Source: Haliotis rufescens (lineage: Eukaryota). Taken from it: a stretch of 64,000 bases of DNA. This document shows positions 14,166 to 27,400 of the stretch, piece by piece. Under the pieces are notes generated by a model. That model searched no databases and was not told where the DNA came from. It worked only from the letters and a program-made list of their open reading frames with translations. Location of the stretch: the NCBI RefSeq assembly GCF_023055435.1, contig NW_025963890.1, forward strand, positions 48,112,001-48,176,000, read 5' to 3'. Position 1 is the first letter of the stretch. Each line of letters starts with the position of its first letter. Made by a program: the position numbers and the translations under genes.

Positions 14166-14921
14166 TACCCAAGGTTACAACATGGCTTTCATATGACATT
14201 TACAGTTGAAGTAATGTACAGCTAAACTGTTAATATCTCTTACAGACAGTTGAAACAAAAATATTCAATAAGTCCCAAGAATGTCTTCAATAGTATCTAG
14301 ATTTCTTCAGATTTCAGAAAATACTCTTTAGTCTCCTTTCTATCATATGTGACCCACCAGGATTTGTTTGTTCGTTTTTCAACGCCGCCCTCACCAATAT
14401 TCCAGCTATATGATGGCGGTCTGTAAATAATCGAATCTTGACCAGACAATCCAATGATTGACATCATGAGCATCGATCCACGCAATTGGGATATGATGAC
14501 ATGCATCAACCAAGTCAGCGAGCCTGACACCCAATCCCGATAGTCGCCTCTTACGACAAGCATTGTCGCCTTTTACGGTAAGCATGGGTTGCTGAAGATC
14601 TATCTAGGATACAATTGTGCTATGACGTCATAAAGACGTTTGACGTCAACTTACTTCCATGAAGATTGATATGTGTGATATCATGCATCTCTGTAATAAA
14701 TATTAATTGAAGCTTGTGAATTGCATATTTGTGTTCCAAAGATGCTGTAGTTCTAAAATATAATGAAAAGTCAAGTCCCTTATCAAATGGTTGGTCACAT
14801 ATATTAATAGACAATTTAACAAAACAATATTGAAATATGTTATAATTTCAGAGACTAAATACAAATATTGTACAGCATTGCTTAAGTCAGTCATATAGCA
14901 ACAATGGTGACCAGAGTAAAA

Positions 14922-15191
14922 AGTTGGTTGGTTGGTTTGTTGTTTAACGCCGCACTCAGCAATATTCCAGCTATATGACGGCGGTCTGTAAATAATCGAA
15001 TCTGAACCAGACAATCCAGTGATTGATATCATGAGCATCGTTCCACGCAATTGGGGTCGATGACCTACATCAACCAAGTCAGCGAGCCTGACCACCCGAT
15101 CCTGTTAGTTGAATTTTACGACAAGCAAAGTCGCCTTTTACAGCAAGCATGGGTTGTTGAAGACCTATTCTACCCCGGATCTTCACGGGTC
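14922..15191 (-). mobile_element. Retroposon family B, full length
   Basis: Same 5' start and tail as 27445. Confidence 0.8.
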
Positions 15192-16447
15192 TATATATGT
15201 GTATTGGATATCAAGGACATATTCTGCCAGTGAATTCTTAGAAGGTTACTGAACTTATATAAATTACATCCAAACCACAATTTCCCATTTCGGTGAGTCT
15301 TACTTCAGGTAAGGGGTACATTAAGGACCCATTCTGTCTCTGAAATACTAGAATGCCAAGACTATGCCCACCAAAATCAGGAAATCTCTTATGTATGATT
15401 GTCTGAATACTCAATCCTTAGGGCTGAGACGAGTCCAAATTTATTACCTGGGTACCCAACCCCCTATTACCCGACCCTACCCGGGTACCTGCTGTAGGTC
15501 TCAGCAGTTGGGTACAAAATGTCTGAATGGGAATAATTTGAATGTAGCCCTGGCAAAATGTATTCAGATGTATGAATAAAACGATGTGGTCATGCATACA
15601 CTGAAGTTGACTGAAGCATTATCATTATTCAAACATATGAAAGTCAGAAGGAATTGGTGCATAGTCAGAAAGAAATGCTAACATTAGTGACTTGTAGTGT
15701 ACCCATGGAGTTCTAGATACTTTCTGCCATTAAACAATATATTACTTGACTAACCACGGTCCGGGTAGTGCTGTAGGCACCCGGGTGCTAGTCAGTACCC
15801 TGAGTACCCGAGTTACACGTCCCAGCCCTACTATCCTTGTACCAAGTCTACCACAAGCAAAACCCAGACCTCTCAAATCAAAACCAGTCATAATCCTGAA
15901 GCACAGGAAATCATGTCAATTTTGGACTGAGGTAGGTAGGGCAAAAATCCATGAATAAGAGGACAAGTTGAAATAGCACATAAATACACCCACTTTATAA
16001 GAATGTGACATATACATATCACCCTGAGATTTACCCCCTAGTCTCTGACAATGTATAATTTTGATAGAAACAAGCAACTACATTTAAATTTAAAAGGAGC
16101 CCCAGTGAGATGGGAACCTATGGAAATATCTAGACTTGCTTCATCTAATGCTATGGCATCACAGTGCTGGACGAAAGTGAAAATAAAATGGTCAAGGGAC
16201 TGTTAGACAGACTAACATCTCCCTACCCCAGTGCCACGGCAGGGTCTGACAATAGGGTTTTATGCCCTGACTGTCGGATCCAATCGCGACTGTCAGCTAA
16301 CATCACAGCTAACAACCCTGTTACCGAAGCGTCCCAGGCAGGGCCAGCGAGGTCTGTCGATGAGGTTGAATGAGGGGCCATACTGATCGGTATATGGTCT
16401 CTGGTTGAAAGCAGCAGAATCAGGGTTTTAGCTGCTTCAATACATTT

Positions 16448-16883
16448 CTGTGACATTCTGTATCGATACCGTAGTGTCCAGGTTATTCACGGAATAGGAT
16501 TTTAAGTGTCATTAGACAAGACCAGTGTGCGGCGTATACTTACTATTTGAAGACTGTTATCGCGTGTTATTCTTTCCTTGTCAAGCAGTTGAAGACCGTG
16601 GGAAAGTGCCAGCCAGCGCCTCGCTGCGCCCTTTGACCGATGTTCGGGACTCCCCACCCAGTCTAGCTGCAATCCGATGTTTTCCCCTCGAACGGGGTCA
16701 GTACAAGAGAACCCTGCCCCACAAGCTACAGCACAAGCTCAGTGAGTCTACGGTATATGCATTCACTCTCCGTCTGACAGATAGGCAACAGTGGCTCTGT
16801 AAACAGCGTTATAGCGAGGTTTCTAGGCTCGTGAAGCTGTCCGGGGGTAGTGGTCGGGGAATACCTGTTGGACACCCGTAACA
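16448..16883 (-). mobile_element. Possible LTR with adjacent internal fragment
   Basis: Minus strand TGTTAC...GTCACA bounding a GC-richer block, followed by a degenerate PBS-like tract. No second LTR seen. Confidence 0.3.
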
Positions 16884-17354
16884 TAGGGCCACTCGGTTCC
16901 TGGCTACCGTGACAGCTGGATCATTCAGTCATTCGACTGCATGTCTCGTCACACGATAATACGTGTCTGCCCAGATATGGCATATATTCGTAATCATTAT
17001 CAATTACGGGGAGTTGCGTACCTTGGGAGTGACAGGATCCTAAGATCGTGAATCCGAATGTCAGACTTTCACCATTGCCTATGATCTTAATCACTTGATA
17101 CTTTTCAAGGCCGCGTTACACCTAGCCGAGAGCCCCAATGGGGGAACCCACTTGACTCAACCAGCCACATAGATCAAGGTACACGTGAGATAATTATATC
17201 AAGTGGTTAATGCAGATATTATTACATTCGTCTTCATGTGTATCTTACCTATTTACAAAACCTCGGTCAGTACTGATGTAGTTACATCGCTCTCACTGAC
17301 ACTCGTGCGTTGTCATGGAAACTAGTTTATATCAGAATCCTTTGATATGACATA

Positions 17355-17538
17355 CAGTAAACTACGGTTATAACGAACACGCTTATAACGAACTTACGGA
17401 TATAACGAACTTACTGTTTTGGTCCCAACTATTTGCTGTAGTTATGCTGTATATGTATATGTATATGTATAACGAACCACGGTTATAACGAACTAAAATT
17501 AGTAGTCCCTTTGCGTTCGTTATAACCGTACTTTACTG
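17355..17538. mobile_element. Tc1/mariner-type MITE (TA TSD)
   Basis: TA|CAGTAAACTACGGTTATAACGAAC...GTTCGTTATAACCGTACTTTACTG|TA. Related copies at about 35200-36155. Confidence 0.75.
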
Positions 17539-17791
17539 TATATCTTTAGAAGAAGAAGAGGAGGAGGAGCCGTTTACTATTAAATTATACTTCCGTGGTG
17601 CACTGGCCTGTTTTACTGTTTATTGCATTTTCTAAGATGTCCACATTACAATTTGTGATCGTGGCATGGATTATCGATGTTCCTGACAGGGCGTGGCTCA
17701 TCTGACACACAGATACACCCACTGCATGCACACTGTCATCACAATGCTGCCTCCCAGCAGAGTCATGCCTCCCATTATAGCCTTATGTCGA

Positions 17792-17792
<1 letters not shown>

Positions 17793-17824
<32 letters not shown>

Positions 17825-18096
17825 GGGTGGCCCAGTCGTCTAAGGCGCCGCGATTCGCTGTGCAGAGTTGCGTCCCTTGGGCACGCCAGAAACCTATGAT
17901 TGTGGGTTCGAATCCCGGTTCGCCCCGATTATGTTTCTAGGTTTGTCAGCACCATACCTGTGCTCGTGGGTTTCACCGAAGTGGTAAACGTCTGAGACCT
18001 GCATCACTTCGGGCTTTCCTCCCACATGAACCTGACACGCCGCGATATAACTGGAATACTGTTAAAAGCGGCGTTAAATCCAACTCACTCACTCAC
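17793..18096 (+). mobile_element. tRNA-derived SINE family C
   Basis: A box GGTGGCCCAGTCG, B box GGTTCGAATCC, shared tail; TSD cttatgtcgaagg; 29-G run at 5' end. Confidence 0.85.
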
Positions 18097-20574
18097 TTAT
18101 GTCGAAGGCCGAGACGATTCCCCTCATTTGCGTGATAAAAGCGTAAAACCCAACTCACTCACTAACTCACGGTGAGCGAACACCGGGGCCTCTCATACCC
18201 AAAACGTGTCTGTGCCCTCCTGGAATTCAAGTTCATGTAGGCCAGTCTACAGCAGGTGACAAGTCTGTGACACCCTGGCAGAATGGTGCTAACCTGTATT
18301 CAGTCCCTCATCAGCTATTCAAAGGTCGCGTCTTATTAAATATGAGGTTTCTCCGTCTCTTCACAGATATATTCTAACAAGGTTAGAAACGGACACCCAC
18401 ATTTCTAAGAACCGTGATATTTGGTTGTATGCATATTAGGTGATACATTTTAACACAACAAGAAAGAAGCATAATATATTTGTATGAGAAGCTCTTTCTT
18501 TGGATTTGAAAAATTATAAATTTCGACAGGACAAATAAAAAAAGTAGCCACTGTTAACTCTTAAAATAACTGATCACATACATTATAATTATATAAGCTT
18601 TGGTTACCGCATACACCTAATAATGGAACCAGTTACCCCGGGGATGGGCGTAAATACAGGTGCATTTTGCTGTAAAACTTTAAACATCCTTCACTTTAAA
18701 AAGAATTTATATTTTTACCCATTAATCTGACCGGCCAAAGAAATAAATCTTGGTTGAATAAGAAATGTCAATGTGTTATTTACTAAACACAACTGTATGC
18801 TGATTTCATATTGGGATGATGCATATATTTTTTTCCAATTGGACAGACCCCAACCGTTTTTGTTTGTCAGCTTGTTGTTTAACGCCGCACTCAGCAATAT
18901 TCCAGCTACACGATGGCGATCTGTAAATAATCGAGTCTGGACTAGACAATCCAGTGATTGACATCACGAGCATCGATCCACACAATTTGGATACAATGCA
19001 TCAACATGCATCAACCAAGTCAGCGAGTCTGACCACCCAATCCGTTAGTCGCCTCTTAATCACAGAAATATAAAAAAATACTGTATTACTTGCCCGCAGA
19101 TACCATATCGTGAAGAGATCACCCGTTTAATAAACATACAGCTGTATTGCACAATGTGTAATACCAAAGCGCGTGTTGATGTTCAAGTTTCACGAACAAA
19201 TATTGAAAACTCTCAACATCCCTGGACTTATTCAACGACATTGCGTATAGAGATGATAGATCACTGAAAGGAGCTTATACACACACGATGACCCTAACAA
19301 CCCTGTTGCTAGGCTGACGTCACATGGCATTGTTTCGCCGGTGGATCTTGCAAATTACGTCATCGGGTATTGTGATCAGGCTTTCACTCGTCAGATACCA
19401 GAACTATTCACTCGTTTCATAAAACTGGTACTACACGGGAGCTCGTTTAGTATTCTATATTATATCCGCTGCAAAGATTACATTGACTACAGCGGCTTTC
19501 AATTTTGTAAGACTAGCTGTATTTATGATGATGTTAGACAAGATTATCGTTCCGTACGCTCTGGTCGGAGCTACTGCACGAACCTGTGCGTAACTGACTG
19601 GTCCTTGATAGCAAGCCATACGTAGTTACCTCCCTTTGAATAGTTATCGCCACTTAGCCTGTTCGGTAAGTTTCTCAGTTCAAAGCACAATATTTGTCAA
19701 TCATGATCTGATTATGTTTACGAAGTTTCAAATTAAGGTTACTGACTGTTTTTAAAGATCTGGATTTCCGCAGATGCATGCATACTATCCAATCAACAAC
19801 GGTATGGGCGCATCTGCCTCTGTTATGAACGACAGGTTATAGTGACACCTTCAGGAACTCGATATACCGCTTCTGTCGACGTGACGTCGGACTCGTAATT
19901 TATAACTTTTTGGCAATCCTATTTTCACGAAATTGACATTGAAATTGACGTGATGTCGGATGCGTCATTGTTTTTCTGACCCCAGCGAAGTGAAATGTCC
20001 ACACTATTTCGTCCACATTGAGGTGTCATTGCCAGAGACTGATTAAGAGACAGACACCCACACTAACTTCCTATATACCTCAGTGATATCAGGTGTTACA
20101 CAGCACAGGTAGTTAATTAAACCAGGTAGCACTAATCAAGTAACTGACACTCACTGAGGAGATGTAATATGGATGATGTCTGTCTTGTATACAACATATT
20201 GTTAAAGCATACATGCATACATATTTTTGTGTTATTTCAATCATACTTGTGTAGAACATAGGTGGCCCAGTGGCTTAACCAGCCAAAACTTGCTGTGCAG
20301 AGTTGCCTTCCCTTACCTTGCTAGGATCTGCTGATCATTGGGTTGAATCCCAGATTCTCCCTGAATTGGTTTGTCAGATACATACCCATGGTGATGTATT
20401 TCACCAAAGTGGTAACTGGTATATAAGTGTTTAGGTAGCCTGCTTCGTGTTGTGCTTCCACCGACACTGCGATCCAGAGATCTGGACAATCAATAACCTT
20501 GACCACTTGGCCCAGCCCAAAATGAAGGTGCAGGGTAGAACAGGTCTTCGGCAACCCATGCTTGCAGTAAAAGG

Positions 20575-21140
20575 CGACAATGCAAATGTACAAGTATAAA
20601 TTTATCACTTCCTTACTTAGTTCTTTTTTCACGACTGACACTGAAAACATCCTCCATTTACTATGTGAATGTACACATGTAAAAATGTTGTGGCAACATC
20701 AGATGCAATGGATAGAGAAAAGAACTGGCACTATACTGAGTATAGATAAGAATCACAATATTTTTGGTTTAAAGAAACACATAATGACATCTTGAATTTA
20801 ATTTATATTGCAACAAAGCAAATATACACAAAATGAAATGCTGAAACTCCCTCCCTAATATTACCAAACTAAAAAATATCTCTAAAGCTTATATCATAAG
20901 CAAAAATATATCTAATACACGAAATGTGAATACGATAAATTATCATGCAACAACAATTTCGCATAACCATCCTGAATTGACAAATTTGCCTATCCTATGT
21001 GTACTGTATTAAATATGTATCACAATAGATTAACTTCATATACTCATATTGAACAACAATGTAATATATTAATGAAATAAAATGGCCTATCGGTATCTGT
21101 ACCCAAGAAAAGAGAAATAAAGTGATAAACAAAAAAAGAA
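20575..21140 (+). mobile_element. L1/Tx1-like LINE 3' remnant
   Basis: ENILHLLCECTHVKMLW...NIFG zinc-finger remnant, then AATAAA and an A-rich tail. Confidence 0.55.
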
Positions 21141-21441
21141 GTTCGGACTGGGAGAATATTGTTCAGTACACTGTCGTCAGTGTTACAGCTGGGTCATGGA
21201 CAATGTTAGTAAAAAAAGTTGAATCAGACAAACTAGTGGTTGATGGCATGAGCACCATGTATTGCCACCCAGGAAGGAAGCGTCACATATAATAGACTGT
21301 AGCTATATGGATATGTTTCTCCTCCAGCCCCGGAAGAATGCAGCTGACTTGTGTGGAGGTAAGCGTCACATATAATAGGCTGTAGATACATGGATATGTT
21401 TCTCCTCCAGCCCAGGAAGACAGCAGCCGACTTGTGTGGTA

Positions 21442-24400
21442 ATGGCGGAGGCACCTGAGTTGTTGAGTGGGGATCTGCTGAGCGGTGGACAGGAATACCG
21501 TGTACACCTGTCACATGACGGCCTACGCTGGCAGCTGACCAATCAGAAGAAGGAACCCGCAGGTAGATTAAAAATGGATTCATATGTTAATAATTTTTAA
21601 TTTGAAGTTTACATGATGTATAGCTTTTCAAATGGACGAGAGGTCCATCACATGACTGCAAAATTGGCGTTCATAAGTGCATGGACAACACAATTTGATG
21701 TCAGTTGTTTTTGAAGAGTAATTTGTGCATACATATGCTCATGTCAACTTTTGAGCAACTATTTTATTCTGCCATACAGCTGGTTGTTGTGTGGCTGTCA
21801 GTGTAAACATGAAGTCACAGGAACTAAATAAAATAGTGTATAGATTTAGGCCTCCATCCTTTGAGGTAAAATATTGTGATAAAAAATTATAAGAACTGGC
21901 TTCATAGAGTGAGGGCCCAACATTGTGTGAACGTCGTCGCAAGCTCTGATGTTCATACAGTTTGACCATCACTCTATGAAGGTTCATTCTCCAATGAACT
22001 CACACAAAGTGAAAGTCAATTCTTAATGGTACATGTAGTTCACCCAATAGGCACCAAATCTTTCATCTAAACGTTGCAATTTGAAAATAAGACAAAAATC
22101 AGGTGCACTGCAGTGGCATTAATTTCATTGAATACGACATTTCAGCTAAACTCCAACGTCAAACATCTCTTTTTACGTTTTCCCTTCTTGATAGCTGAAA
22201 ATACCACTGAATATAGTTCCACCACACAGTATCTAAGGGTTGTCGGGTAACCTAGTGGTTTAAGCCTTCACTCGTCACATAGACCAAAAGAATGTGTTAA
22301 AAGTATATGCATTTACTGTTGTACACGTCAACATGTTATACAGCTTTTTACTGTAAAGATAAAATAACATGGTTGCAATTCAGTATCTGGCTTGATATTA
22401 GTTATTGTGTCTTTAGTTGCCATATATGGTGTCATATTAGGCTGACGCCTCGCCCAATATTTTTCTTCTAAACTAATATGAAACCGTATATGGCAACTAA
22501 AGACACCATAACGAATATATTATGCCGAAAGCAATTGACAGCCATTGATGATGTCAAAGGGAGACCACTCTTTAAACCTTAGAGGCCAAACCTTGTTGAA
22601 AATTTAAACTATAATTTTTATCAATAAAGTCACGAAAGTGATCTAAAAGCAGATTAACGTCCTTGCACGTCACAATTAATTATAGTAAAACACAAAACAG
22701 TTTCAAATAAAGAATATCCATGTGAAATATGTGAAGTGGGTGTTGGAAAATCCAAGATGGCCGTTACGGACGGTATACGGTCTCATATTAGGTCAGTATC
22801 AACCATCTTGTTTTTTTACTGACGGTATACGGGCTCATGTGGGGTCAGTAGTTCTGCTCTCTGATTGGTCAATCTCACTTTGAGGCATAATAAAGGCTCC
22901 TATGGGGTTAATAGTTCTGCGCTCTGATTGGTCAATCTCACTTTGAGGCATAATAAAGGCTCCTATGGGGTTAATAGTTCTGCGCTCTGATTGGTCAATC
23001 TCACTTTGAGGCATAATAATTGTCAATATTTCACTTGTGTGTAGAAATAGTTGAGCCCAGCATGTGACTGTTTGTTTGCAGCTATTTGAACTGAATGTGG
23101 ATTAGAAATGCAATTGACCAACTTCAAAACTCCCACCATGATGCAAACTGGACCTTGTTGTTTTAGAAATCTCTGACAACTCGGATTTCATTCTAAAGAG
23201 AATGTTTGTATGATCAGATTAGTTTTTTAAATCAAAGAAAAGATCAATGCATCAGTGTTGCTTTCAATTCTTCAAAATGATATTCTCAATCTGTTGTTTC
23301 TTTAAGCACAAGGCTGAAGGGGGAGGTGGGGTAGCCTAGTGGTTAAAGCAGTCGATCATCACGCCGAAGGCCTGGGTTCTCCATATGGGTACAATGGGTG
23401 AAGCCCATTTCTGGTGTTCCCTGTCGCGAGATTGGTGGAATATTGCTAAAAGTGGCGTAAAACCATACTCTCTCAGAGTGCGATCGTAGTGCTACGACTG
23501 TCATAAGTCTATGTTAAAGTATTTGAGTTACAATCATCTTACCACCACGATCGCTTTGTCGAACAGGGTCCAGACCTGATGGTATGTAAGTCACAAGTTC
23601 CATTTTGAAAACAATTAGATACATCCAATGTTAACATTGTGTTGAATACACCATCTTGTTAGTTACGACTGTATGGGAAATGTGAGACTTTGCCCAGGTT
23701 TGGATGGTGGGAAACGATAAGGATTACAGGGTTGGACACAGCCACAAGTCCACTTGTCTATTAGGCCTAGATGAGTGACAATCCAGGACTTGTAGTTTTC
23801 TAGCCAAATGTTTTATTCAAACCACTGGTCTAAAGTGAGCTGCAGACTGTTTGGATTTGACCAATGTTATCTGATGCTGGATTCAGTGTTCCTGTTTACC
23901 GGTAATTGCCAGTTTTGTACTGGTAAAATTAGGCTTGGACCAGTAATTCATGTGACTGCCAGTCCCTGTGGACTGGCAAATAGAGTACCTTATATATCTT
24001 TGTTGTTGAATAAAAGATTTGCTCTCGGTTTTTCAAAAGTCAGCTTGTCTGTTTCCATCAGGGTTTCCTGTTGTCTATTGTCAGTGCAAAGAAACAACAT
24101 TTCACTTTGCTGTGAGGTTAAATATGTATTTGTAGTGACTTCGTCTGGAATTATTTAAAAAAAGGAGAAAATTGTGACTTACCTTTGTGGTAATGATGTG
24201 CAGATCTAAGTTACTTCGGAGATGACGTCTGTGCAATCAAACATGTTAAAAGAATTTAAGCCAGGTCATTTTCATGCATTTTTTTATTTGTTGAAAGTTG
24301 GGACTGACAAAAATTAGGGGGGACTGGTCATTTGTACAGTTGCCCAGTCCCAACTATGAAATTGTCAGTCCCAGGGACCCTTGGTTCGTTGGGAGTAGTC

Positions 24401-27400
24401 CCTAGTTTTCCACATTATAAATTGGTTATCACATTTGGTTTCCTAAGGTGACAGGCAAGATTTAGTTGGTCAGTATTTATCTAACTTTGAGGGGATATGT
24501 TGAACCCTTTGCTCACTGTTTTATTGTAGAGGTCAGCCTCCCGTGGAGTGACATCTACGGCCTGGGGTCAGATGGCCTGGGGGAGACAACTCAGGTGAAT
24601 GGTGAGGGCAAGAGCTTCACCATCCACTTTATATCCCGCAGAAAGGATAAGAAGTGGAGGGCAGCTGAGAAGAAGTTTGATGTGAAGGAAGGTGACGTCA
24701 GTGCATGGGTTGTCCAGATACAAGCCAAGTATCGACCAGGTGGGTTTCTCTGCTTGTGGTGGACGTCATGACAGAATTTGATGAAATGAATACTAACACT
24801 TCCAATATTATTTGTTGCTTGTTCTGTTTTGTTCAGCGACCCCTAAAAGCCTGCTTGTGATAGTGAACCCAATCGGGGGCAAGGGTCAAGGTCGACAGAT
24901 CTACGAGAAGAAGGTGGCAGGTCTCTTCAAGACGGCAGAGATTAACACTCATGTTATCTGTAAGTACCACATTTTCCTGTATTGTGCACACTTTTTCCCC
25001 AATATTACAGCCGAGTAGAGGGGTGTGATCATAATACATGCAGACAATGAATTTTGATTTTATTTCCCAATGCAAAGTTATGACCATGAGCATGTACCAC
25101 TGGATCCATACTGAAGAATGCAAATTAGTTCTGGATCGGTGAAGATCCAGGGTAGAATATGTCTTCAGTAACCCATGCTTTCTGTGAAAGGTGACTATGC
25201 TTGTTGTAAGAGGCCACTAACGGGATCAGGTGGTTGATGCATGTCATCGATCCTAATTGTGTGGATCGATGCTCATGATATCAATCACTGGATTGTCTAG
25301 TCCAGACTCAATTTTTTACACAGACTGCTGTCATATAGCTGGAATTTTGCTGAGTGCGGCGTTAAACAACAAACAAACAAACAACAAACATTAGTTCTGT
25401 TGTTACACTATCTGGATATAAAAGGAGTTCATTGTATATCTGGACAAAGTAGACACAATTTATGGAAAAGCAACTTCTTCTTTGTATATATGTGGACTTA
25501 AGTTTGTAATCCAGCTCTGGAGGCTGATATATAATGGAGCACAAGTGGGCCTGCGGTCTACTTCACTGCAGTCTACTGTGCAGAGTTGCCTCCCCTAGCT
25601 GTGTCAGGATCCACTTGATCCAGTAAGTGGTGAATAGAAGATGACAAGGTTATGTACAGGAGGTTCACCCATTTTTCTTGGAACTGTAATAATTGGCTAT
25701 AGTCTCCGTTTTGCAGTAAACGTGAACGTGGACGTGAGCATATTGGATCGGAATAGGTCATGTTTGTGTGACTCTGTCACTCTGTGACTCATTCCTTTTA
25801 GTCACCGGTTTCCCTGGTCTAAAATCAAATTGTTCACATGCCACCTTGATGTTGCTTGAATATAGGTGACTGAATTGTTTGTTTCAGTGGTGGAAGCTGT
25901 TTGCTCGCCAGGTCTTAGATCCATGTTCGACACTCGCTCGCTCGCTCACTCACTCACTCACTCACTCACTCACTCACTCACCCACTCACCCACTCACCCA
26001 CTCACTCACTCACTCACTGTTGCAGTGACAGAAAGGGCCAGACATGCAGAAGAAATTATCAACAACTTTGACTTCTCTGATGTGGAAGGGTTAGTAATCA
26101 CAATGATTTCTACAGAAAAGGTTGTTCTAATACGAAGGAACCTGCATGCTGATTTTCAGATATCTAAAGCACAAAGGTCATGTCACTGAAAAACTCGTTT
26201 CAAGGTTATTGTTGTCACAGGATGATTTGCTTTTACGAAGTCTGCTACGAGAAAGCTAGCCCTCCATGAAGGGCTATAGGTCCCATTCCCTCTACTGAAC
26301 AACTGGCCAACAGGTGTTTGGGCTTGAAGCAGGAACTGACACTCTTCTAAAAGGAGTGAAAATGCTGGCTGGTATCTCTGCACAGCTTAGACCTACTTGA
26401 ATTTATACCACAACATTAAGGATGGAGAAACTTGGCCTGCACCTTCCTATTGACAGTCTCTCCTAAACCTGCTTAACTGTTTCTGTTTGATGTTTTAATA
26501 GTTTCCATTGTAAACATTTGTATCGTGGATCTAAGATATCTTTTCCAGTTTTGAAGATACTTTGATTTTTATTGCCCATGCAATTTCACTTTGGTGACAC
26601 ATATTTAAGGAATGAAGTTTTCTCTACCCCTATGTGTAGTGTCTGTAAAGCATAGTTTTGGACCCACGAAGTCCGGGGTAGAATAGGTCTTCAGCAACCC
26701 CTGCTTGTAAAAGGCGACTATGCTTGACGTAAGAGGCGACTAACGGGATCAGGTGGTCAGGCTCGCTGATGCATGTCATCATATCTCAATTGCGTTGATC
26801 GATGCTCATATCAATTACTGGATTGTCTAGTCCAGACTCGATTATTTACAGACCGCCGTCATATAGCTGGAATATTGCTGAGTGCGACGTTAAGCAACAA
26901 ACAAACAAACAAACAATTGGAACAGTGCCATGGCGTCCGTCCATTATAACGTATAGTGTACTTTATCCCAGATTGTTGATGCCTTTGATCTTTTCACGAA
27001 GCATGTTAGAATCCATTGTCAGGTGAGCTAACAAACATACGGCCAGTGGTGAATGGTGGGTGTCATGTTGGGGAGGTGTCCAGAGGTTGATTTCTGATGT
27101 CAGCCGTTTTGTGTGTGTCCAGCATCGTGACAGTGGGAGGAGACGGGATGTACCAGGAGGCACTCAACACGCTCATCCAACGGAACCAGAAAGAGGCTGG
27201 CATCGACGTCAATAATCCAGAGTCTGTCCTCAAGCCGCTAGATATCAAGTTTGGCATCATTCCAGCAGGTGCTTGTTGCTGTGTACCGATTAGTTTCACA
27301 AATTTGTAATATCTGTAAAAGATGTAAGACATTTGTATCATTAGTTTTGTTTGATTTTACTGTAGGAAAATTAAGGTTCTGGCCTTATGGTGTCTGTTAT

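Larger units (their letters stand above)
17249..19665. promoter_or_regulatory. Likely divergent promoter interval of the two kinase paralogs
   Basis: Candidate non-coding first-exon donors: minus strand AG|GTAAGA near 17248 and plus strand CG|GTAAGT near 19666. CRE-like TGACGTCA near 19315. Confidence 0.35.

Noticed and set aside
17793-17821. 29-nt poly-G as a functional element
   Set aside because: Expansion of the GGGG at a SINE 5' end; homopolymer length is unreliable.
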